64,000 nt of DNA from Gammaproteobacteria bacterium (GTDB lineage: Bacteria; Pseudomonadota; Gammaproteobacteria; GCA-002705445; GCA-002716945), in assembly GCA_038142325.1 (NCBI GenBank), contig JAYQJW010000002.1, positions 352,001 to 416,000 of the forward strand, read 5' to 3'. Position 1 is the stretch's first letter; every line of letters begins with the position of its first letter. A model generated the notes under the pieces. That model saw nothing but the letters and a program-made list of their open reading frames with translations. It was not told where the DNA came from and ran no database searches. Below, piece after piece: positions 31,760-41,487 of the stretch. The position numbers were made by a program, and so were the translations under genes.

Positions 31760-34514
31760 CTAATGTTTTGTGTGACTTTTAATGTTTACTGCACAAAATT
31801 TGAATTCAGGAATTTTGGCAAATGGATCTAGCGCAGCATTTGTAAGTAAGTTAGCTGCAGATTCAACATAACAAAATGGAATGAACACTTGACCAGGTTT
31901 AAGCATATCATCTCGTCTTGCATAAACATCTATGGAACCTCTTCTAGACTCAACGGTAATTAAATCACCATCTTGTATGCCAAATTTTTGCATATCTTCA
32001 TGACATAAATTAGCGTTGGGGTCTGGTTCTATTTCATGAAGCATACTTGCTCTTCTCGTCATCGACCCTGTATGCCAATGCTCAAGTTGTCTGCCAGTGA
32101 TTAGAACAAATGGGTAATTATCATCAGGTAATTCTGCCGCATTAATAAGAGGAGATTTAACAAACCTAGCTTTGCCATTTTCTGTTGGAAAATCATCTAT
32201 GAATATAACAGGTTGACCAGGATCATTCTTGTCATCACAAGGGTAGGTGATTGAATGATTTTGTTCGAGTCTATCCCAAGTTATACCTTGTATACTTGGC
32301 ATACATTTGGTCATTTCATCAAAAACTTCTTTTGGATGCGTATAGTTCCAATATAAGCCTAGACCCCTTGCAATTTCTTGAATGATCCAAAGGTCTTGTT
32401 TAGCCTTTCCTGGAGGCAGCACAGCTTGATTTCCTAGCTGTACTCTTCTATCAGTATTTGTGAATGTACCTGTTTTCTCTGGAAATGCAGAAGCAGGTAG
32501 AACTATGTCTGCATACATAGCAGTTTCAGTCAGGAAAATATCTTGAACGACTAAATGTTCAAGTTTTGATAGAGCTTTTCTTGCATGATTTAAATCAGGA
32601 TCTGACATTGCAGGATTCTCACCCATTACATACAAACCTTTTATTACGCCTTTAGTAATTTCATCCATAATTTCTACAACTGTTAAACCTGGCTTATCAT
32701 CTAGTTTTGTATCCCAGAATTTTTCAAAAAACTTATTTACTTTTTTATCATCAACTCTTTGGTAATCAGGATATACCATAGGTATAAGTCCTGAATCAGA
32801 AGCACCTTGAACATTATTTTGTCCTCTTAATGGATGTAAACCAGTCCCAGGTCTTCCTACTTGACCAGTCATTAAAGCAAGAGATATTAATGCTCTTGCA
32901 TTATCTGTGCCGTGAACATGTTGTGAGACCCCCATTCCCCAGAAAATAATAGACGCAGAAGAGGATGCATAAATCTTTGCGACTTCATGAATAAGTTCTG
33001 CATCAATTCCACAAATTGATGACATTTTCTCTGGTGTAAAATCTTTCAAATGTTCTTTTAATTCTTCGAAATCAGTTGTTCTTTCATTAATGAATTTTTG
33101 ATCAATGAGTTTTTGATCAATAATTGATTTCATCATTGCATTTAGAAGAGCAACATCGGTATCTGGTTTAAATTGTAGATAGTGTGTAGCGTGCCTTGCG
33201 AGATCATTTTTTCTTGGATCAAGTACAATTAGATTTTTCCCAGCTTTGGCAGCATTCTTTATAAAAGTTGCTGCAACTGGATGATTTACAGTTGGATTAG
33301 CACCTATTACAATTATAGAGTCTGCCTCTGCAACATCAGCAACCTGATTTGATACCGCTCCAGACCCAATCATTTCAAGAAGTGCGACAACGGATGATGC
33401 ATGACAAAGCCTAGTGCAATGATCTACGTTATTATTTTTAAAGCCTGTTCTAACTAATTTTTGAAATGTATGCTTCCTCATTTGAGCCTTTTGCGCATCC
33501 AAAGCCTGCTGTTGATTTTACATCTTCTAAGATAAGTGATTTAAACTTCTCCGTTGTTTTTTTAATTGCATCATCCCAAGAAATAGGTTCAAAATATTTT
33601 TCTATATTATCCAAGTCAAAGTCTTCCGGCTTAATATCTTTTGAAACACCTTTTTTTCTGGCAAGAGGTACGGTAAGCCTTTGATCACTGTTTACATAGT
33701 TAAATCCATAACGACCTTTGACACATAATCTACTCATATTCGCAGGGCCATCTCTTCCTTCAGCATAGAGTATTTTGTCATCTTTAATATTGTAGGTTAG
33801 TAAACAGCCGACACCGCAGTACGGACAAACACTATCAACTTTTTTATCTGGAGTTACTTGTCCTACCTCTTTAGAGGGCATTAAAGCACCTGTTGGGCAT
33901 GCTTGAACACATTCGCCACAACCAACACATGTGCTTGTACCCATTGGATCATCGAGGTCAAAAATAATCTCTGATGAAATACCTCGTTTTGCATATCCTA
34001 TTACATCATTTACTTGTTCTTCCCTACATGCTCTTACACATCTTGTGCATTGAATACATGCATCAAGGTTAACTGAAATTGCTGGATGCGATAAATCATG
34101 TTTATTTTGAATTTTCGAAGGAAATCTACTTTCACTAACTTTAAGTTTGTTAGCCCAATGAGTGAGCTCTGAATTAGGATCATATTGTTCTTTTGAAATA
34201 TCAGATTCGAGTAATTCTATGACAACTTTTTGTGAGTGAACTACTCTCTCGTTTTCTGTGTTGATGACCATGCCATCATTTACTTTTCTTATGCAAGACG
34301 GCTGAAGAGTTCTCTCTCCTTCTATCTCTACAACACAAACACGACAATTACCATCGGGTCTCATTCCTTCTTTGAAACATAAATGAGGTATTTCAATTCC
34401 ATTTCTTTTGGATACATCAAGTATCGTCTCATCAGTGTGTGCAGAATAATCTACGCCATTAATTTTTATAGAACAATTAAAATCTAAGTTAATATCTTCA
34501 GGCTTTGCTGACAT
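31760..34514 (-). CDS. fdhA: NAD-dependent formate dehydrogenase alpha subunit (Mo/W-bis-PGD; frameshift ~33465)
   Basis: 2Fe-2S GNCRVCVVE, 4Fe-4S CIQCTRCVRAC and CVGCGECVQACP, CPYCGVGC, DHCTRLCHAS (Cys ligand), LRGQNNVQG and IPEFKFCAV. Confidence 0.93.
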
Positions 34515-36181
34515 CTTTTACCTCATTCGGGAAGTATTTTAGCACAGATTTAACTGGATTAGAGGCTGCTTGACCTAGACCACAGATGGATGCATCTGAC
34601 ATAGTTTGACTTAAATCTTGAAGAAGATCTGTATCCCACTGTTCGCTTTTCATTAACTCTGAAGCTTTTGATGTTCCCGCTCTACATGGCGTACATTTGC
34701 CACATGACTCATGTTTGAAAAAATCTATCGTAGTTTTCGCGGCATCTCTGGCTCTATCTTTATCTGATAATATTACTACTGCTGCAGAACCTATAAAGCA
34801 TCCATGTTCTTCAAGGGTTCCAAAATCAAGAGGGATATTATTCATGCTGGCAGGCAGTATACCTCCCGATGCACCTCCAGGAAAATAACCATAGAAACTA
34901 TGACCTTCTTTCATCCCTCCAGCATAATCATCAATCAGTTCCTGTACAGTAATGCCAGCTGGAGCAAGATGTACACCAGGCTGTTTCACTCTTCCGCTTA
35001 CGAAAAAGACCTAAAACCTTTTCTTCCATTTACTCCTTGATCAGCAAACCATGCAGCTCCTTTATCTAAAATATCTCTAATCCAAAAAAGCGTTTCCATA
35101 TTGTGTTCTAATGTAGGGCGTCCAAAAAGACCTACTTGAGCTACAAAAGGAGGACGAAGTCTTGGCATACCGCGCTTACCTTCAATTGATTCAATCATTG
35201 CTGACTCTTCTCCACATATATATGCACCAGCTCCTCGTCTCATTTCTATTTCTGGTATACCGTCAAATTTTTCTTTTATTTTATCTAATTCTTTTTCCAT
35301 GATTATTTTTACGGCAGGATATTCATCTCTTAGATAAATATATATTTTATCTATTCCTACAACTTTTGATGCTATTAACATTCCCTCAAAAAATCTATGA
35401 GGATCTGATTCTAAATAATATCTATCTTTAAATGTTCCAGGCTCACCTTCATCAATATTTACGGCAAGTAATCTAGGAGCTTGTTGATCGCGCAAGATTC
35501 TCCATTTTCTTCCTGCAGGAAAACCTGCTCCGCCAAGACCTTTTAGTTCAGATGACTCAAGAATGTTCACTGCATCATCTTTAGATATTTTTTGATCACA
35601 AATCGAGCGATAAATTTCATATCCACCATCTTCAATGTAAGATTCTAAATTTATATAGTTAGGTATCTCTGGAACATATGCTTTATCGTTAACAGCTTTT
35701 TTTATTTTTTCAAAAGTTGCATTGTCAACGGGATTCATTTTAACTACAGCAGCAGGAGCAGACTGACATCGTCCAATGCATGGAACTTTTTGAACTCTAA
35801 CAGTACCTTTGAAATAGTTATCTAAAGTCTGAGCCAGCTCGTTTGCACCATTCATTTCACATGATACAGAATCGCAAACCCTTACAGTTAGCGCTGGCGG
35901 TTTATCATCATCACTCTCAACGACATCAAAATGGTGATAAAAGGTTGCAACTTCATATACCTCAGTTAGAGATATTCCCATCAGACTTGCTAATGCTGTC
36001 ATGTAGTCTTTTGTTATTGCGCCATGCGTATCTTGGATTATATGAAGGTATTCTATTAAGATGGTCACGTCGATAAAAGTCTGTATTTAATAACTTTTCA
36101 AGAGCGTTCTAATACTTCAAAATCAACTTTTCGACCTCTTGGTCTCAAAGTTATTTTATCTTTGAGTTTATTTTTCATCAT
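34498..36181 (-). CDS. fdhB: Formate dehydrogenase beta subunit (NuoE/NuoF-like fusion; FMN/NADH), several frameshifts
   Basis: IEYLH.IQD, EVATFYHHF, VCDSVSC, GLGGAGFPAGRKW, DEGEPGTFKDR, GAGAYICGEES and ESCGKCTPCR...SICGLGQ; architecture like Methylorubrum Fdh1B. Confidence 0.9.
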
Positions 36182-36277
36182 TGATTAATTAAGTCCTTGA
36201 TAACTATACACGATTATATGTTTATTATATATTGAATCAACCTGACAAAAATTATTACTTTCAAGGAGACTTACAAC

Positions 36278-36649
36278 ATGAGCGATGAAAAGGTTTACTC
36301 AGAAGAAGAAATTAAAAGTTATTTATCTGATAAATTACCACACTGGTTTTATGAGAATGGTTGGATTAGAAGAAAATATAAGACAAGCGGCTGGAAAGGG
36401 ACCTTAATGGTAATTAACACAGTAGGACATTTAGCTGAGGCAGCATGGCATCACCCAGACATTGCTGCGTCTTATGGTTTTGTAGTAGTGAAATTACAAA
36501 ATCATGCTGCAAAAGGAATTACTGATAAAGATTTTTTGCTAGCTGAAAAAATTGAATCGGTTATTCAATGGCAACCTGGAGCTGAAGATAATACTTTAGA
36601 GGGAACGCCAGACGATCCGAGATTCAAGTATATAAAGTACGACGACTAG
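36278..36649 (+). CDS. Pterin-4a-carbinolamine dehydratase (PcbD-like, common in H4MPT clusters)
   Basis: EAAWHHPDI and HAAKGITDKDF.LA motifs; AGGAG RBS. Confidence 0.9.
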   Translation: MSDEKVYSEEEIKSYLSDKLPHWFYENGWIRRKYKTSGWKGTLMVINTVGHLAEAAWHHPDIAASYGFVVVKLQNHAAKGITDKDFLLAEKIESVIQWQPGAEDNTLEGTPDDPRFKYIKYDD

Positions 36650-36651
36650 AC

Positions 36652-37240
36652 CTAGAGATATCTTTTTACCAACATGGTAATTTCTTCGCTTGGAATACCA
36701 TTAGGTATGATTTTTTTAACTTGTAGTTTTTTGTCAAGGATATATATGTTTGAACTATGCTCCACGATAAAACCTTTTTTATTTGGCTCCACTAATTCAT
36801 ACTTTGTTTTGAAGAGCTTAGTAAGTTTATCAATATTGCCTTTGTCTGAAGCAAGAGCAGCTATTCTCTTGTCGAAGAAATCAACATAATTTCTCACTTT
36901 TGAAAAGTCGTCTCTGAGATAATCCACGCTTATAAAAACAGGTAATACGTTTTCAGAATCTTCCCCAAGACCTTCTAAGACTCGAGCCATATCCAAAACT
37001 GTGGTAGGGCAAACATCAGGACAATGCGTGTATCCGAAAAAAATCTAGAAGAACTTTATCTTTGTGTTCTTTAAAATTAACTAACTCACCATCTTGGTTG
37101 TAAAACACAACATGCTCAAAAACATTGGACATGTCAGGGAAGGCTTTTGAGATATCTGCTTTAGCATATAAAAAACCTGAACTCAAAATCACAGTTAATA
37201 GCGCCATCGCAAGATTGAGTTTGATTTTTTGGAATTTCAC
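36652..37240 (-). CDS. SCO/SenC copper chaperone (frameshift ~37040)
   Basis: Joining frames gives FFGYTHCPDVCPTT (CxxxC), VFISVD and the VEHSS His ligand; signal peptide. Confidence 0.88.
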
Positions 37241-37357
37241 AGGTTTATAATAGCAGATTTAATTTTGAATGAATAAGTCCATTTTTTATAAGGATTTAAC
37301 AGCATTTATATTAGAATAATCTTATATTCTTATCTTCACTAATAGGACAATATTACT

Positions 37358-37386
37358 TTGACAGTAGCGCCTGCAAAGACTAATAT
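37358..37386 (+). promoter_or_regulatory. sigma70 promoter of the monooxygenase operon
   Basis: TTGACA(37358-63)-N17-TAATAT(37381-86); perfect -35 and optimal spacer. Confidence 0.7.
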
Positions 37387-37483
37387 TTATTCATTGGGAA
37401 AATATTCCCTAGGGAACTCAGTAGAAAATGGCATGACGCCAAAGGATACTGAGAAAACAAATTCGATTAATCTGGAGGTAAAG

Positions 37484-38716
37484 ATGATCGGAAACATACT
37501 ATTAAACGTTCGTTACCTACTTGCACCAATTCTAATTATAGTAGCTGGTGCTGGTGTCTTACTAGGCGGCATTATGGCTTGGTTAGGCGTTGTACTTCTT
37601 TTTGTAGGTCTACTTGTAGACATCGCTACAAAATTTGAAACAACAGGTGTAGGGTACGATGAAAATGGTGAAACTCTTGGATGGCCAACATTCCAGAACT
37701 TAACCATGTATTTCATGTTACCTGTATTCGTACTTTTCCAACTAGTAATGGCATGGAGACTTTATACATTCATGGCACTAGGTGGAGCTGAAGGTGCGGT
37801 AATTATGGAACTTATTCCTGGCATTCTAGTAATGCATGAAGGAATAACAGGCATTAACCTAATCGGTGCTACATTATCATCTGGTATCTTTATTGGTATC
37901 GGTATTATTTATGGACATGAGCTTTCTCATACCAAAGGTTTTGGTTTTGTGATTTCACGTCTAATGATGGCGCTTTCAGGTTCTGCGCATTTCTGTTACG
38001 CACACGTATACAACCATCACCTAGAACTTGCTAGTGAAGATGATCCTGCAACTGCACCACGCGGTCGTACAATTTATGGTCATTATCCACTATCATATTT
38101 AGGTCAATCTAAATTCTTATATAACATGGAAAAAGAAAGACTTTCTAGAATGGGAGTACCTTTCATTTCATGGCAAAACCGTTGGATTCGTGGTTATCTA
38201 ATGGCTGTACCAACAGTAGCTCTGTTCTTTGCAGCAGGCGGCTGGATTGGTATGGCTGTACTAGCTACAATCTGGGGTATTTCAAACTTCGAATTAGAAG
38301 CTTTGAACTACCTAGAGCACTACGGTCTAATCCGTGTTAAAGATCAACCTATTGATTATCGCCATAACTGGGATAACTCAACATGTTTCACAGCATGGTT
38401 CTTCATCGAAATCGGTCGTCAAGCTGACCACCATGATCGTGGAGAAACACATTTCTGGGAACTTGAAAACGTAGGTTGCCCAAACACAGGTTGGGGATAC
38501 TTTGTAGTATTCTTCATCGCACTAGTACCACCAATTTGGCACTGGTATATGCGTAAAAGATTAGCTGCATGGGATGAGCATTTTGCAACAGACGAAGAGA
38601 GAGCTATTGCTGCAAGACTTAACAAAGAAGTTGGGTACGAAGGCACACCTTTCGCTGGCGATGTATTAGCAGATGCTGGTAACGTTGACCTTGGCTTAAG
38701 ATCAGCTAAGAAGTAA
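37484..38716 (+). CDS. Membrane non-heme di-iron monooxygenase, AlkB/XylM family (XylM-like)
   Basis: GGAGG RBS then ATG 37484. Motifs HELSH, AHVYNHH, DPATA, NYLEHYGL and RQADHH. N-terminus (VRYLLAP...GG..AWLG) and C-terminus (LVPPIW...WDEHFATDEERAIA) resemble xylene monooxygenase XylM as I recall it. Confidence 0.9.
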   Translation: MIGNILLNVRYLLAPILIIVAGAGVLLGGIMAWLGVVLLFVGLLVDIATKFETTGVGYDENGETLGWPTFQNLTMYFMLPVFVLFQLVMAWRLYTFMALGGAEGAVIMELIPGILVMHEGITGINLIGATLSSGIFIGIGIIYGHELSHTKGFGFVISRLMMALSGSAHFCYAHVYNHHLELASEDDPATAPRGRTIYGHYPLSYLGQSKFLYNMEKERLSRMGVPFISWQNRWIRGYLMAVPTVALFFAAGGWIGMAVLATIWGISNFELEALNYLEHYGLIRVKDQPIDYRHNWDNSTCFTAWFFIEIGRQADHHDRGETHFWELENVGCPNTGWGYFVVFFIALVPPIWHWYMRKRLAAWDEHFATDEERAIAARLNKEVGYEGTPFAGDVLADAGNVDLGLRSAKK

Positions 38717-38739
38717 CTTACCCAAGCAGTAAGTAAATT

Positions 38740-38773
38740 TGAAGGTGCCTGGATTTCGATCTAGACACCTTCA
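38740..38773 (+). other. Stable intergenic hairpin with TTCG tetraloop
   Basis: TGAAGGTGCCTGGAT-TTCG-ATCTAGACACCTTCA; no clear U-tract, so possibly a partial terminator or mRNA stabiliser. Confidence 0.65.
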
Positions 38774-38842
38774 TCTTATAAAGGGAAAGGGGATTCTTGG
38801 TTATACTAACCACGAATTAAATAAAATACTCGGAGAAATAAT

Positions 38843-39022
38843 ATGAAAGTAACTTACAATGCAGAAGTATGCACACACGCTGGAGAATGCGTAAAAGGTG
38901 CACCAAATGTATTTAAAGTTGTAGATGGAAAATTTGTAATTGATACATCTGCAGATAGCGAAGAAAATATTAGAGCAACTGTTGGCAACTGTCCATCTGG
39001 CGCTTTAGTAATCGAAGAGTAA
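38843..39022 (+). CDS. Small divergent Fe-S ferredoxin (Fer4_19/YjdI-like, 59 aa), not in the ORF track
   Basis: MKVTYNAEVCTHAGECVKGAPNVFKVVDGKFVIDTSADSEENIRATVGNCPSGALVIEE*; CxHxxxC...CPSGAL; GGAG RBS. Confidence 0.88.
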   Translation: MKVTYNAEVCTHAGECVKGAPNVFKVVDGKFVIDTSADSEENIRATVGNCPSGALVIEE

Positions 39023-39060
39023 AAAAAATTAAAATAACAATTCATAATTAGGGGGTAATT

Positions 39061-39711
39061 ATGGCAATTGGAGATCACTTAAGAGATGTTCAGGATCTAT
39101 ATGGAAGTCCTAAATGTCCACACACAAACGCAGTTTTAATAGCTGCAGGTGAAAAAGGGGTAGACCTTAACTGTCACGTAGAAGACGACTGGGGTCCTAG
39201 TTCATCAGTAAGAAGCATGAGCCCATTAGGTATCGGTCCGGTTCTTAAAGATCGTTCTGCTACAAACATAGGTCTTATGTGCTGTATGTCATACATTGAC
39301 GATAAAGGTTTTGGACCTTCATTAGTTCATAGAAATGGTGTGACAAGAGCTAGAATGTTCCAAGAAATTACAGTAGCTGCTCAGACAGATTGTTCTGACG
39401 ATGCTGCTCTTGCAGCTGCTTTAGACCAACTTGAAGCAACTCTAAATTCACCATTAGGCAACATGAAAGGCGACTATGTTGTTGGTCAATATACATTGGC
39501 TGACTGTGCATGGGCTGGTGTATGTCAAGTAGCAACAAATATGGGTAAAGGCTCAGCTGTGAGTTCACGTGCTAAAGTCAATTCATGGTTTGCTGCTGTG
39601 CAATCACATCCATCAACAAGTAAAGAAGCTATCAACCCATTTAGTTGCATGGCTACAAAAGCTGATCATGATGCAAACAGTATGCGTGAAGTAAGAATTA
39701 ATACTGCTTAA
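39061..39711 (+). CDS. Glutathione S-transferase-like protein
   Basis: N-terminal SPKCPH, SPLG.GPVL.D, YIDD and C-terminal YVVGQYTLADC...W GST signatures; unusually Cys-rich. Confidence 0.78.
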   Translation: MAIGDHLRDVQDLYGSPKCPHTNAVLIAAGEKGVDLNCHVEDDWGPSSSVRSMSPLGIGPVLKDRSATNIGLMCCMSYIDDKGFGPSLVHRNGVTRARMFQEITVAAQTDCSDDAALAAALDQLEATLNSPLGNMKGDYVVGQYTLADCAWAGVCQVATNMGKGSAVSSRAKVNSWFAAVQSHPSTSKEAINPFSCMATKADHDANSMREVRINTA

Positions 39712-39738
39712 TTACTTAAGTTTTTAATTCATAAAATT

Positions 39739-39776
39739 GAAACCCCAGTTTTATTAATTGGGGTTTCTTTTTTTTT
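39739..39776 (+). terminator. Rho-independent terminator closing the monooxygenase-ferredoxin-GST unit
   Basis: GAAACCCCA...TGGGGTTTC followed by T9. Confidence 0.85.
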
Positions 39777-39839
39777 ATCAAAGTGATAATGTATTTCAGA
39801 TTATAATCAAGTACTTATACATTACTTTTTTAATTGTAA

Positions 39840-40941
39840 ATGAACATCTATAAATATTTATGGTTCTTTGGAACGAAACCAAAAGATAGTACAGCGCGTC
39901 TTTTACCATCTGGAAAAACTGTACATGTTTCTAAAAATTCTACACTGCTAAGTGCAGCCCTTGAGGAAGGACATGACTGGCCACACAATTGCAAATTTGG
40001 ATCCTGTGGTGAATGCAAATGCAGATTAGTAAAAGGTAAAATTAAACCTATGGTTGATTTCAGTGAGGCTCTTACAAAGCAAGAGTTAGCTGATGATTAT
40101 ATCTTAGCTTGTCAATCCAGATTAACTATGGACTGTGACGTTGAGGTTGAGTTGGGCGATCTTATCAGAGTGCCAGCTAGAACTTGTAATGCAAAAATCA
40201 AAAATACTGAAATGCTAACCTCAGATATCATGGCAGTGACTATTGAAACTGATAATGATATACCAGAAGGAAAAGATAGACCTGGCTTACCAGGTATGTG
40301 GGCAGAGCTGTCTATTCCTGGTATAGATAGGCCCCGTTCTTATTCGTTTGCATCAGCACCACAAAATGAGCAGTAAAAATCAATTCACTTTTTTCATTAG
40401 AAAAGTACCTGGTGGTAAATTTACAGAATGGCTATTCAGTGACAATCGTGATCCTGAGGAATGTGTCACTATAAATGGTCCATTCGGTTCTTTTTATTTA
40501 AGAGAAAAAGAAACACCAATTGTATGTATAGCAGGTGGTAGTGGATTAGCTCCAATAAAAGCGATTTTAGAGGGCGGTGTGAACGATCAAATAAAAAGAG
40601 ATGTGATATTTTTATTCGGAGCACGTACGCAAGCAGATTTATATTCTTTAAAAGAGATTGCAGAGATTCAAAATAAATGGAACAAGGAATCAAGTTTTAA
40701 ATTTATACCTGTTCTAAACATGGAACCAGAAGATAGCGACTGGAAAGGAGCTAGAGGAATGGTGACTGATTATTTTGAAAAAGAAGTTGTACAAAAAGAA
40801 AACTTAAATATCGATGGATGGCAAGCATACTTGTGCGGACCTCCTCCAATGGTCGATGCTGCAGGTGAATGTCTAACGAGAAATGGCATATCAGAAGATG
40901 AAATTTTTTATGATAAATTCACGGATGCGAGCAATTCTTAA
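39840..40941 (+). CDS. XylA-type NADH:acceptor reductase (2Fe-2S ferredoxin + FAD/NAD domains), frameshift ~40375
   Basis: CKFGSCGECKC...LACQ, RSYS (FAD), GGKFT, IAGGSGLAP (NAD), YLCGPPPMV and FYDKF motifs. Confidence 0.9.
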
Positions 40942-41071
40942 TACCTGTGAATTTCTAGCATTTTCTTATTAAATTCTTTACAAAACCACATATATAGATT
41001 ACTTTAACTCTACGATATGTCTTAAATATTTATAAGTATATCGTGAAAAGCTAATATAAAAGGAGGTAAGA

Positions 41072-41344
41072 ATGGGATTTCTATTCGGTAAAACAGCTCA
41101 AGGCACTTATGTCGTTGTAGCTTTCTGGATAGCGTGTTACTACTTCTTCAGCAGCATGTTCCCAACATGGCACTTTGCAGCAGGCTCAATGCCTGGTTTA
41201 GCTGGGTGGCCTATAGCACTGCTTATAGGTTTCTTGTTGATTGTAGCTAATATGATTAGTGTATATCTATTCATTAAAGTTGCAGGTAACAGACCTTGGG
41301 AATGGTTTGAAGATGGAGTCTACGGACCAGGAGACGAAGGGTAA
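41072..41344 (+). CDS. Small two-TM membrane protein (90 aa)
   Basis: AGGAGG RBS; two hydrophobic segments; no known motif. Confidence 0.75.
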   Translation: MGFLFGKTAQGTYVVVAFWIACYYFFSSMFPTWHFAAGSMPGLAGWPIALLIGFLLIVANMISVYLFIKVAGNRPWEWFEDGVYGPGDEG

Positions 41345-41487
41345 AAGAATTGCAGCTTAGGCTGTAATACTTTAGGAAGTCTTAACTTAAACGGATTTAG
41401 ATGGGGGAAATTATTAATGATTTCAATACTGGACGTATGTCCCCAGCCATAAGACGTTATATATATATATAAATGAGGAAAAGTTAT

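Noticed and set aside
12982-33502. Selenocysteine recoding in ArsS, the GDCCVxC protein or FDH
   Set aside because: The relevant positions are Cys codons (GSSCGG, GDCCVFC, CTRLCH); no in-frame TGA at these sites
37358-37483. 42-aa N-terminal extension of the monooxygenase from the TTG at 37358
   Set aside because: That TTG is part of the -35 box TTGACA; a GGAGG RBS precedes ATG 37484
37484-38716. Canonical AlkB alkane hydroxylase or a methane monooxygenase
   Set aside because: No rubredoxin, alcohol/aldehyde dehydrogenase or beta-oxidation genes nearby; termini and reductase are XylM/XylA-like; unrelated to pmoCAB or mmoX. Alkane activity is not excluded but is unsupported by context.
38854-39078. 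Minus-strand 74-aa ORF and similar short antisense ORFs throughout the track
   Set aside because: They overlap well-supported genes on the opposite strand (here the + strand ferredoxin) and have no motifs
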